From: Actinomycetota bacterium
Lineage (GTDB): Bacteria; Actinomycetota; Coriobacteriia; Anaerosomatales; JAUXNU01
NCBI GenBank assembly: GCA_030682655.1
Contig: JAUXNU010000144.1
Coordinates: 27,991 to 91,990, forward strand
Length of the DNA stretch: 64,000 bases
Reading direction: 5' to 3'
Positions within the stretch are counted from its first letter, which is position 1. The number at the start of each line of letters is the position of its first letter. The position numbers and the translations under genes are program-made. Shown here piece by piece: positions 53,373-61,818 of this stretch. Under the pieces are notes generated by a model that saw only the letters and a program-made list of their open reading frames with translations, was not told where the DNA came from and made no database searches.

Positions 53373-53388
53373 TGGCACTTGGTTCGCA
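53373..53388 (+). promoter_or_regulatory. sigma-54 (-24/-12) promoter upstream of copZ
   Basis: Compared with the consensus TGGCAC-N5-TTGCW, TGGCACTTGGTTCGCA has a perfect -24 hexamer, correctly spaced GG/GC and one mismatch in the -12 element. It lies in the 85-nt gap before copZ. The implied TSS is about 48 nt upstream of ATG 53446. Confidence 0.6.
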
Positions 53389-53445
53389 ACGCGTTACACC
53401 TGCATGTTCGACGTGCTGTCGGCAGCGATGCGGAGGAGAACGACT

Positions 53446-53667
53446 ATGGCTGAACTGACCGAGGCAAGACTCATGACGACCGGGCTTCACTGCCGGTCAT
53501 GCTCCATGCTTGTAGACATGACCGTTGGGGATCTCGACGGCGTCGATAGCGTCAGCACGGACTACGTGACAGGTGCGACCGACGTGATGTTCGATTCGGA
53601 TGTGGTGACAACCGAAGATATCGTGGCTGCGATACGGTCGGCGGGCTATGACGTTGACGATGCCTAG
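53446..53667 (+). CDS. copZ: heavy-metal-associated (HMA) domain metallochaperone, CopZ-like
   Basis: The 73-aa protein has the CxxC motif in GLHCRSCS and a ferredoxin-like HMA pattern (..VD.V.GV.SV........V.FD......I..AI..AGY). ATG 53446 follows GGAGGAG. Confidence 0.8.
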   Translation: MAELTEARLMTTGLHCRSCSMLVDMTVGDLDGVDSVSTDYVTGATDVMFDSDVVTTEDIVAAIRSAGYDVDDA

Positions 53668-54221
53668 AGAATCCGAAGCGGACATGACTGGGCATTCCTA
53701 CACAACGGGCTCCCGCAGAAAGTACCTACTGGTGGGCGCGCTCGCCCTGTTGGCGTTTGTCGGCGCATATGGCGTGGCCTCGGCCACCAGCAGGACGCCC
53801 GACCCCTCGGTAGCTGTCGCCGGTGTGGGGCAGAGCACAGGGGCGGGTCAGGGGGCTGGGGCAGGTCAGGGGGCTGGGGCAGGTCAGGACGGCGGAGCGT
53901 GCGGCGGGGAGTGCTGCGGCACGGGGGGCGTCGAAACCGAGGGCTCGGCTGCAGTCTCGGATGGTGTGCAGCGAATACAAGTCGATGTGTCGGCCGGCTT
54001 CTTCGATCCGACCGTCATTCGCGCGCAGGCCAGGGTACCCCTGGAGATTTCATTCGGTGAGGGATCCGGCTGTTTGGCGGAGGTGCACTCTCCCCAGCTG
54101 GGTGTATTTCGAGGATCTCACTCGCGGTGGCGCCACCGTCAATCTGAAGGCGCTTGACCCCGGCACGTATGGCTTCTCGTGCGGCATGGAGATGGCGTCC
54201 GGTACGCTGGTGGTCGAATAG
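53648..54221 (+). pseudogene. membrane-anchored cupredoxin_1-like protein, interrupted by a +1 frameshift at TTT 54107-54109
   Basis: One frame encodes a TM anchor, a Gly-rich linker and ..VQRIQVDVSAGFFDPTVI..GCLAEVHSPQLGV, ending at 54157. The +1 frame continues FEDLTRGGATVNLKALDPGTYGFSCGMEMASGTLVVE to 54221. The joined sequence aligns with the cupredoxin domain of the 52203 gene (ACSDQIAVPQVGILADL..YTLTCGMGMMSGRI). Confidence 0.6.
53840..53887 (+). repeat. in-frame tandem repeat encoding (GAGQ)(GAGAGQ)x2
   Basis: The 18-nt unit GGGGCTGGGGCAGGTCAG is perfectly duplicated (53852-53869 and 53870-53887), preceded by a 12-nt partial copy. Confidence 0.85.
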
Positions 54222-54230
54222 GGGGCGGCA

Positions 54231-56864
54231 ATGTCCGAAGAGACTTCGGCGCGCGCTGATGCGCGTGACGAGACCGCTCCCCACGATGGTGAGGAGAGCG
54301 TCGATTTCGCCGTCACAGGCATGACGTGTGCCTCATGCGCGGCCGTGATCGAGAAGACCCTGGCCAAAACGGAGGGGGTCGATTCTGCTGCAGTCAACCT
54401 TGCTGCGGAGAGACTGCGGGTCACATTCGACCCGACCAGGATCGACATCGATGAGATCGTTTCGCAGGTAGAGAGTGCCGGCTACGGAGCCACTAGCATG
54501 TCCAAGGCCGTGGCTTCCCCTGCGACCGGGCACGTGGACCTGGTGGTCACAGGGATGACCTGCGCTTCGTGCAGCGCCGTCATCGAGAAATCGCTCGACA
54601 AGGTCGACGGTGTCTCGGCGGCGGTTGTGAACCTGGCTCGGGAAAGTGCATCCGTCGATTTCGATCCGGTGATCGTCGGGCCGGAAGAGATCATCTCTGC
54701 AGTCATCGCTGCCGGATACGGAGCGGAGCTCAAGACGGAGAGCGTTGTCGGTGCCGGTGTGGAGGCAGACGCACAGAGTGCCGCGCAGCGCGCGTTCTAT
54801 CAGCATCAGCGTAACCTGCTCGTGTTCTCCGCCACCCTCTCCATTCCTCTGCTCTTTGTGGCCATGGTGCCGCCGTTCATGGAGGCGATTCCGACATGGA
54901 TCGCCTCGATATTCGGGATCTCGGGCGAGTCCGGCGTCATGATGGTTCACAAGTACATCATGCTGGTGCTCGCCACCCCTGTGCAGTTCTACGCCGGCGC
55001 ACAGTACTACCGTGGGTTCTGGCATGCACTGAAGCGACGCACCGGCAACATGGACACGCTGGTTGCGATCGGAACGACCGCCGCGTTCGCGTACAGCGTG
55101 GCGGCCACATTCTGGATAACCGAGCAGCCCGCGTTCTACGAAACGAGCGCATTGCTCATCACATTCGTTCTCCTTGGCAAGATGCTTGAGGCGCGGGCCA
55201 AAGGTCGCACGGGGGACGCGATCAAGAAGCTCATGGGACTTGCGGCCAAGACGGCGCGCGTTGTGCGCGGCGGGGAGGAACTCGACGTTGCCGTGGAGCA
55301 GGTCGTGGTGGGCGATATCGTCATCGTCCGGCCGGGCGAGAAGGTCCCTGTCGATGGTGTACTGACCGAGGGCGGGTCCTCGGTCGACGAATCGATGCTG
55401 ACGGGCGAGTCCATACCCGTTGAGAAGAACCCCGGAGACACGGTCATCGGTGCGACGCTGAACAAGCTCGGCTCGTTCAGGATGCGGGCCACCAAGGTCG
55501 GCCGGGACACCGCCCTCGCGCAGATCATCCGACTCGTCGAGGAAGCGCAGGGCTCCAAGGCCCCGGTGCAACGGTTCGCGGATCGCATCAGTGCGGTGTT
55601 CGTCCCCGCAGTCGTCGGGACGGCGCTTGCGACGTTTCTGTTCTGGCTGATCGCAGGACCGGTCATCTTTGGCGCAGCACCCGATCCCGCAGCCTACGCG
55701 ACGGTGTTGCACCCGATACTGAGGGCTGCGGCCGGCAGCGGGTGGTTCGTGGCTGCGCTTCTCGCGGGCACAGCGGCCGTGGTCATCGCGTGTCCATGCG
55801 CTCTCGGGCTCGCGACGCCGACGGCCATCATGGTCGGAACCGGGAAGGGCGCCGAGAACGGCGTGCTCATCAAGAGCGGCGAAGCCCTCGAGACGGCGTA
55901 TCGAATCGATGCCATCGTCTTCGACAAGACCGGCACACTGACCCACGGGCAGCCCAAGGTGACCGATGTCGTAGCCCTCGATTCCGAGGACCCCACACGG
56001 ATTCTGGAGCTGGCCGCCTCTCTCGAGCGCTCGAGCGAGCATCCCCTGGCCGAGGCCATAGTGGGGCATGCGAATGACACCGGAGTTGCAGTGCACCCCG
56101 TGATCTCCTTCTCCGCGATACCCGGGCATGGCGTGGCGGGCGAGGTAGATGGAACGCGGGTCGTACTCGGCAATCGCAAGCTCATGGAGCGCGAGGCCCT
56201 CGCGTGCGACTCGTGCGAGCGCGAGATCGCGGAGCTTGAGTCGCAGGGCAAGACCGTGATGATCGTTGGGATCTCGGGAGTCCGGCCGGTGGGACTCATC
56301 GCCGTTGCCGACACGCTGAAGGAGCACTCCAAGCCCGCAGTTGCGCGCCTGCGTGAGATGGGTGTGGAGGTCTACATGATCACGGGCGACAACCGGACGA
56401 CGGCACAGGCTGTTGCCCTGCAGGCCGGAATCTCCTCGGATCACGTTCTCGCTGAAGTGCTTCCCGAGGACAAGGCGACGAGAGTCGCAGCTCTGCAGAG
56501 CCAAGGACTGCGAACCGCGATGGTCGGCGACGGCATCAACGATACACCGGCACTTGCCCAGGCCGATGTCGGCATCGCGATGGGCGCGGGCACGGATGTT
56601 GCCATGGAGACGGGCGGCATCGTGCTCATCAAGAACGATCTTCGCGATGTGGTGACCGCCATCGAGCTGTCTCGCGCGACGATGCGCAAGATCAAGTCGA
56701 ACTTCGTCTGGGCGCTCGGCTACAACACACTGGGCATTCCTGTGGCGGCGATAGGCCTGCTCTCGCAGTTCCCGTGGCTTGCTGGGGCTGCGATGGCGTT
56801 TTCCAGCGTCAGCGTCGTGACGAACTCCTTGCTGCTACGCCGATTCCGTCCCTCCATGCGATAA
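54231..56864 (+). CDS. copA: copper-translocating P1B-type ATPase
   Basis: It has two N-terminal HMA domains (GMTCASC twice), TGES, the CPC motif ([11 protein letters not shown]), DKTGTLT, HP (SEHPLA) and [10 protein letters not shown]. Confidence 0.95.
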   Translation: MSEETSARADARDETAPHDGEESVDFAVTGMTCASCAAVIEKTLAKTEGVDSAAVNLAAERLRVTFDPTRIDIDEIVSQVESAGYGATSMSKAVASPATGHVDLVVTGMTCASCSAVIEKSLDKVDGVSAAVVNLARESASVDFDPVIVGPEEIISAVIAAGYGAELKTESVVGAGVEADAQSAAQRAFYQHQRNLLVFSATLSIPLLFVAMVPPFMEAIPTWIASIFGISGESGVMMVHKYIMLVLATPVQFYAGAQYYRGFWHALKRRTGNMDTLVAIGTTAAFAYSVAATFWITEQPAFYETSALLITFVLLGKMLEARAKGRTGDAIKKLMGLAAKTARVVRGGEELDVAVEQVVVGDIVIVRPGEKVPVDGVLTEGGSSVDESMLTGESIPVEKNPGDTVIGATLNKLGSFRMRATKVGRDTALAQIIRLVEEAQGSKAPVQRFADRISAVFVPAVVGTALATFLFWLIAGPVIFGAAPDPAAYATVLHPILRAAAGSGWFVAALLAGTAAVVIACPCALGLATPTAIMVGTGKGAENGVLIKSGEALETAYRIDAIVFDKTGTLTHGQPKVTDVVALDSEDPTRILELAASLERSSEHPLAEAIVGHANDTGVAVHPVISFSAIPGHGVAGEVDGTRVVLGNRKLMEREALACDSCEREIAELESQGKTVMIVGISGVRPVGLIAVADTLKEHSKPAVARLREMGVEVYMITGDNRTTAQAVALQAGISSDHVLAEVLPEDKATRVAALQSQGLRTAMVGDGINDTPALAQADVGIAMGAGTDVAMETGGIVLIKNDLRDVVTAIELSRATMRKIKSNFVWALGYNTLGIPVAAIGLLSQFPWLAGAAMAFSSVSVVTNSLLLRRFRPSMR

Positions 56865-56918
56865 CAGGACAGCCGCCGCTCTGGGATATCATCAGGAAGA
56901 CCTCATGAAGGGAACCGC

Positions 56919-57644
56919 ATGGAGAATTCCGTTGGACTAGCTGCTGCTTTTGCAGCCGGTCTCGTCTCGTTTCTTTCGCCGTGCGTCCTTCCGCTGATTC
57001 CGGCATACATCTCATTCATCACCGGGATGTCCGCTTCGGAACTGGCCAAGGAGAGAGCGCCGCTCCGTGTGGTACTCGCACCGAGCCTGTTGTTCGTTGC
57101 CGGGTTCTCGCTGGTGTTTGTCGCATTGGGCGCTTCTGCATCCCTTTTGGGTGCGTTTCTGGTGGCGTACCGGCTGCTGCTGGTGAGAATCGCTGGCGGA
57201 GCGCTGTTGGTACTCGGATTCTTCATGCTCGGTGTCATAGAGGTGCCCTGGCTGTATGGCGAGGCGCGATTCGAGATGGGGAAGGCCCGCGCTTTCGGTC
57301 GTGGCGCGGCGCTGGTCATGGGCATGGCCTTCGCGTTCGGTTGGACGCCGTGCGTCGGGCCGATTCTGGGCTCGATTCTCGCCGTAGCCGGCTCGTCCGG
57401 AAGCGTTGGTACTGGCGTTCTTCTGCTCTCCGCGTACTCTCTGGGTCTCGGAGTCCCCTTTGTCTTGGTGGCGTTGCTGTTCGGTAAGCTGGGGGGCACA
57501 CTGCGTTGGCTTGGCCGGCACTCCTTGGCCATCAACAGGGTGGCGGGAGCGGTGCTGATCGCGGTCGGCGTTCTTATGATCACCGGCCGACTCGGAGTAC
57601 TGTCCGGATGGCTCTCAACCGTGCTGCCATCCGTCGGATTGTAG
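56919..57644 (+). CDS. ccdA: cytochrome c biogenesis / thiol-disulfide electron transfer protein CcdA (DsbD family)
   Basis: Six TM helices carry the motifs LSPCVLPLIPAYISF and FGWTPCVGPILG. Confidence 0.85.
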   Translation: MENSVGLAAAFAAGLVSFLSPCVLPLIPAYISFITGMSASELAKERAPLRVVLAPSLLFVAGFSLVFVALGASASLLGAFLVAYRLLLVRIAGGALLVLGFFMLGVIEVPWLYGEARFEMGKARAFGRGAALVMGMAFAFGWTPCVGPILGSILAVAGSSGSVGTGVLLLSAYSLGLGVPFVLVALLFGKLGGTLRWLGRHSLAINRVAGAVLIAVGVLMITGRLGVLSGWLSTVLPSVGL

Positions 57645-57721
57645 GAGCGCTTTGTCCCCCGGCTCCGGGGCGGTACGATTGGAGCAGTGACCTGAGGGGC
57701 GGCAGGAGCAACGGTGTGAGG

Positions 57722-60700
57722 ATGGAGCGCAGCACACGCAGGGGGAGCCTGGCCGCCAATCTGATGGTTCTTGTTCTGATGGTCGTGGGCGTCTCGGTTA
57801 CGATTATCAGCCTCGCAGCACTCTCCGGCGTTTTCGATCTCGCGCGCAGTCAGGTTGCGGCGCGGCAGAAGGCCTACCGCCAGGCTGCGGCGAGTGAGAT
57901 CGAAGTGCACTTCGACGGCGCGTTTCGCGTGGTGGAGCGGGCGATTGGTGTCATCTCCGATCCCGCTGCTGGCGGAATCGACCAGGTGAAGCTGGCAGCG
58001 ACCCATGAGACCGGCGTTGAGTACATCGACCGGCTCGTGGTGTTCGCGACCGATGGCGCGATCTTGAGCGCGCACCCGTCCTACGTGGCGCGCGAGCCGC
58101 TCCCCAAGCCGGAGATACTGAGCGCGGCCTTGAGCGAGACCCCGAGCTTGTACTGGGACAAGTCGCGGGCACGTCTGTGGGTCGCGCGCCGTGCCACGGC
58201 TGCAGACGGAACCGAAACGGTCGTAGCTGTACGCGCACGCATGGGCTACCTGGGCGGTCTGCTGGACGGTTTCGCTTCGGAGAGCTCTGATCGGTGGCTT
58301 GCGGTGCTCGACAGCGACCGCAGCGTGATCGCGTCGAGCGCCATCGGTCCCAACGTCGAGCCCTTGTCGATCGAGTACGAACCCGACAAGGAGAACCCGG
58401 CAACAGGGGCGGTGAAGGCCACGTCTTCGAGTGGTGCCGTGATGTGGGGGGAGTACGCGGAACTGGAGGGCTATCGCGGAATAGCCTGGAGGGTGGTCAC
58501 GGCCGAACCGCGCAGCGCTGTCGCAGTAGACACCATGCGTGCGCTCATTCCCGCCGTGGGAGCACTCGTGTTCAGCGTGGCATTCTCGCTCATGTTCACC
58601 GGCCTGTTCTCCCGGCGCTTGGTGGCGCCCCTGAAGGATCTTGAGTTTCACGCGCAGCAGGCAGTGTCGGGCGCGTACGTCCGCTCCATCGAGACGGACA
58701 GGACCGACGAGATTGGCCGTCTAGCCGATGCGTTCAACGCAGTCGCACTGCGGCTCAATGCCCTCCACGACCTCTCCCAACTCCTTGCGAGCTCTTCAAG
58801 CCTGGATCAGGTGCTCGATGGCATTCTTTCGGCGATGAGCCATATCGTCGGATCGTCCAGCGTTGCCGTGTACCTCGTCAATGACGTGGGCGAGGCGCTT
58901 TCGCTCGCCCGAACCCGCGGCGTTCAGCATCCCGGTGACGTGACCGTACCGCTTTCGAGCTCATCTCGGCTTGCGGACGCATTGTATTCGAGCGGCCCCG
59001 TCCCCTTTGGCGATCCCGATCCCGACATAGCGGCGGCATTTGGCCTGGCAGCGGATTCGCCCGCGTCCGGGTTGGTTGCCCCGCTGGTCGTCGGCAACGA
59101 ACCCCTCGGAGTCATCGCCGTTCTGAACACCGACCACCACGTGTTCTCACAGGCCGAGATGGAAATGGTTCGAACGTTCTCGGCGCAAGCCGCCATCGCT
59201 GTGCACAATTCACGCCTCTTCGAAGAGGAGATTCGTTCCCGTCATGAAGCCGAGGCCATGCGCGAGGTGGCGGAGAGGCTTGCGATGCCGGGTGAGCTTG
59301 AGACGGCGCTGGGGGACGTTGCGAAGCGTGTTGCGGTTCTGCTTGACGCCGTGGATTGGAGTGTTGCGGTGGTGGACCGCGATCTGCTCGGCATGGAGGC
59401 GGCGTCCGACGCTGCGAACGAGCGCAACATCCTGCGCATGTGGGGACGTGCGCTTGTGGGTCGCGACCAGCGTCATGTCTTGCGCCTGGGTCCGGGCGAT
59501 GACCCGCTTGTGGACGAGTATCTCGTCAAGCAAGACGCCCACTTCCTCCTGATGGCTACGGTGATACGCGGCGGCACACCTGGCGCGGTTCTCGCCTTCG
59601 CGGTGCGCAGGCCAGGAGCCCTGGCCGACTCCCACGAGACTGGCGTAGTCGAAGCGCTTGCAACTCAGATTGCCCTTGCCCTCGACAACGCCTTCTACTT
59701 CGAGCAGGCCCGTACCCGGTCAGCGAATATCGAGACGATCTTCCGCATCTCGCAGGCCGTGAGCTCGTCCCTCCAGATCAAGGTCGTTCTGAATCGCGTG
59801 CTCGACGTCGTTCAGAAGATATTCACAGCCGACACGGTGAGTCTGATGATCTTCGACGAACAGAAGCGGGTCATAGACACTGCCATGGCCCGTGGTCTTG
59901 TATCCAATGACATCCTGCATTTCTCATGCGCTCCGGGACAGGAGTTCCCAGGGGCCGTATTCGAGAGCGGGGAGCCTGCCAAGATCGACGAACTTGTGAC
60001 GACGGTTGGCCTGCTGGCTGCTGCGGCCGTTCGCCAGGGTCTTCACGCAGCTCTTGCAGTCCCTCTTCTTGCGCGCGGGCGCAGTCTCGGCGTTCTGACC
60101 GTTTTCTCCTCGGAACCCGGGGTCTTCACCGAGGAGGACAGGGGCTTGCTGCATACGTTCGCCTCTCAGGCAGCGCTGGCGATCGACACGGCAGACATGT
60201 ACGGCCGAGAGCATATGGTGGCGTCGGTGCTTCAGTCGAGCATCTTGCCGGAGACGCTCCCGGAGTACCCCGAGATCAAGTCGAGCAGCGTGTATCAGGC
60301 GGCTGGGAACGAGGCGGAGATTGGCGGGGACTACTTCGACCTGTTCAAGACGCCTGCAGGCAATATCGTCATGGCCATTGCTGATGTGTGCGGCAAGGGC
60401 GTTGTTGCCGCGACGAAGACCTCGATGATCAAGTACACCGTCAGGGGGCTTGCAGCGACGGGGCTTTCGCCTGCGCGCATGGTCGCTCAGGTCAACCGCA
60501 TGGTCGCAGAGGGTGGTACGCCAAGCGATATCGTCACACTGTGGCTGGGCGTGTTCGATGTCGCCGCAGGGACACTTGTGTATGCCAACGGGGGACATCC
60601 TCCGGCACTTTTTCGATTTGCCGACGGTTCAGGCGTCGAGCGGCTGGCGACAACCGGACCATTGCTCGGGGCTATCGCAGACGCCAGCTACGGGGAACAG

Positions 60701-60970
60701 GTCGTTCCTGTTGTGCCCGGCGACACCGTGCTGCTCTACACTGACGGTGTCACCGAGGCCCGTAGGGGGAATAGATTCTTCGGCGAGGGTCGGGTGCGCA
60801 GGTCGCTGCGATACGGTGGCACTCCCGATGATATTGCGAAGAGATTGCTGGCAGCGCTCTCTCGCTTCGCTCCCGGGCAGCTGCGTGATGATGCAGCGAT
60901 TCTGGCCGTGACATTCGGGCCGTTACCGGGTGATATCGCCGCGGGCGATCCGTTGGCCGCAAACGAGTAG
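57722..60970 (+). CDS. membrane sensor: extracytoplasmic domain - HAMP - tandem GAF - SpoIIE/PP2C phosphatase
   Basis: Two TM helices flank an extracytoplasmic region of about 300 aa. This is followed by HAMP (DEIGRLADAFNAVALRL), at least two GAF-like regions and PP2C (IGGDYFDLF..IADVCGKG..YTDGVTEAR). I chose ATG 57722 as the start. Confidence 0.8.
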   Translation: MERSTRRGSLAANLMVLVLMVVGVSVTIISLAALSGVFDLARSQVAARQKAYRQAAASEIEVHFDGAFRVVERAIGVISDPAAGGIDQVKLAATHETGVEYIDRLVVFATDGAILSAHPSYVAREPLPKPEILSAALSETPSLYWDKSRARLWVARRATAADGTETVVAVRARMGYLGGLLDGFASESSDRWLAVLDSDRSVIASSAIGPNVEPLSIEYEPDKENPATGAVKATSSSGAVMWGEYAELEGYRGIAWRVVTAEPRSAVAVDTMRALIPAVGALVFSVAFSLMFTGLFSRRLVAPLKDLEFHAQQAVSGAYVRSIETDRTDEIGRLADAFNAVALRLNALHDLSQLLASSSSLDQVLDGILSAMSHIVGSSSVAVYLVNDVGEALSLARTRGVQHPGDVTVPLSSSSRLADALYSSGPVPFGDPDPDIAAAFGLAADSPASGLVAPLVVGNEPLGVIAVLNTDHHVFSQAEMEMVRTFSAQAAIAVHNSRLFEEEIRSRHEAEAMREVAERLAMPGELETALGDVAKRVAVLLDAVDWSVAVVDRDLLGMEAASDAANERNILRMWGRALVGRDQRHVLRLGPGDDPLVDEYLVKQDAHFLLMATVIRGGTPGAVLAFAVRRPGALADSHETGVVEALATQIALALDNAFYFEQARTRSANIETIFRISQAVSSSLQIKVVLNRVLDVVQKIFTADTVSLMIFDEQKRVIDTAMARGLVSNDILHFSCAPGQEFPGAVFESGEPAKIDELVTTVGLLAAAAVRQGLHAALAVPLLARGRSLGVLTVFSSEPGVFTEEDRGLLHTFASQAALAIDTADMYGREHMVASVLQSSILPETLPEYPEIKSSSVYQAAGNEAEIGGDYFDLFKTPAGNIVMAIADVCGKGVVAATKTSMIKYTVRGLAATGLSPARMVAQVNRMVAEGGTPSDIVTLWLGVFDVAAGTLVYANGGHPPALFRFADGSGVERLATTGPLLGAIADASYGEQVVPVVPGDTVLLYTDGVTEARRGNRFFGEGRVRRSLRYGGTPDDIAKRLLAALSRFAPGQLRDDAAILAVTFGPLPGDIAAGDPLAANE

Positions 60971-60989
60971 TACGCGTGAAGTGAGCAGG

Positions 60990-61775
60990 ATGGCGCAGGA
61001 CACCGAGCGACACGAGGATCTGAGGACCGCCGTTGTGCACGTGGACGGCGACATGGACCTGGCTGTCGTACCCAAGATGAAGGCCAGCCTGGCCGATCTC
61101 ATCGAGGCGGGATACACGAACATCGTGTTCGAACTCTCCCATGCGACGTACGTCGATTCCTCGGCGTTGAGCTTGCTTGTCTGGCTGGATCGAGAGCTTG
61201 CAGGGACTCCAGGCAAGGTGGTTCTTGTGGGTGCGAACAGGGACATCGCACGCGTTCTCGCGATATCGGGTCTCGTAGCGATCACCCGTGTGAAGTGTCG
61301 CGAGGAGAGCGTCGACGATGTCTTGCAGGGAATAGAGACAGTCTCGGACTCCGTGGAACCACTGTGGACCGAGGAGTTGTCGATGGCCGGAAGAGCTGAC
61401 GCGCTCGCCCCGGTGCGTGAGCGCGTCAGCGAGCTTGTCCAGACACTAGGGTTCGGCGATGCGGCGCTGTTCGACATCAAGGTGGCGCTGGGCGAGGCCT
61501 TGGCCAATGCGGTGCGCCACGGCTGTCCGGGAGACGGGAACGGGATAATCGGAATCTCGGTTCGGGCGTTCGAAGAGAAGGTTGAGATCGAGGTAGTGGA
61601 CACCGGCACCGGGTTCGATGGCGAGCATGTGTGCAGCGATGACCTGTACGCGTCTGGCGGGCGCGGCATAGTGTTCATGCGCGCCTTGATGGATCGGGTC
61701 GCCTTCCGTCCGGCACCTTCGGGCGGAACTACTGTTACCCTGGTCAAGCACAGGGCGCCTGCAGAAGTCTCTTGA
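60990..61775 (+). CDS. fusion protein: STAS (anti-sigma antagonist, SpoIIAA/RsbV-like) + HATPase_c Ser kinase (RsbW/SpoIIAB-like)
   Basis: The N-terminal STAS domain has a phosphorylatable-Ser context (ATYVDSSALSLLV). The C-terminal part has N-box GEALANAVRHG, G1 DTGTGF and G2 GGRGIVFM. Confidence 0.75.
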   Translation: MAQDTERHEDLRTAVVHVDGDMDLAVVPKMKASLADLIEAGYTNIVFELSHATYVDSSALSLLVWLDRELAGTPGKVVLVGANRDIARVLAISGLVAITRVKCREESVDDVLQGIETVSDSVEPLWTEELSMAGRADALAPVRERVSELVQTLGFGDAALFDIKVALGEALANAVRHGCPGDGNGIIGISVRAFEEKVEIEVVDTGTGFDGEHVCSDDLYASGGRGIVFMRALMDRVAFRPAPSGGTTVTLVKHRAPAEVS

Positions 61776-61818
61776 CCGCCCTGCCGACAAGTCAGTCGCG
61801 AAGGGCGGTCCCCGCATA

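Noticed and set aside
53852-53887. A perfect 18-nt tandem duplication could be mistaken for a repeat array.
   Set aside because: There are only two and a half copies with no spacers, and they are in frame within a coding region (a GAGQ linker). This is not CRISPR-like or minisatellite-like.
54030-54046. CAGGGTACCCCTG inside the cupredoxin ORF could be an additional CsoR-type site.
   Set aside because: - It lacks the flanking ATA/TAT arms of the two intergenic operators.
- It is imperfect and lies inside a coding region.
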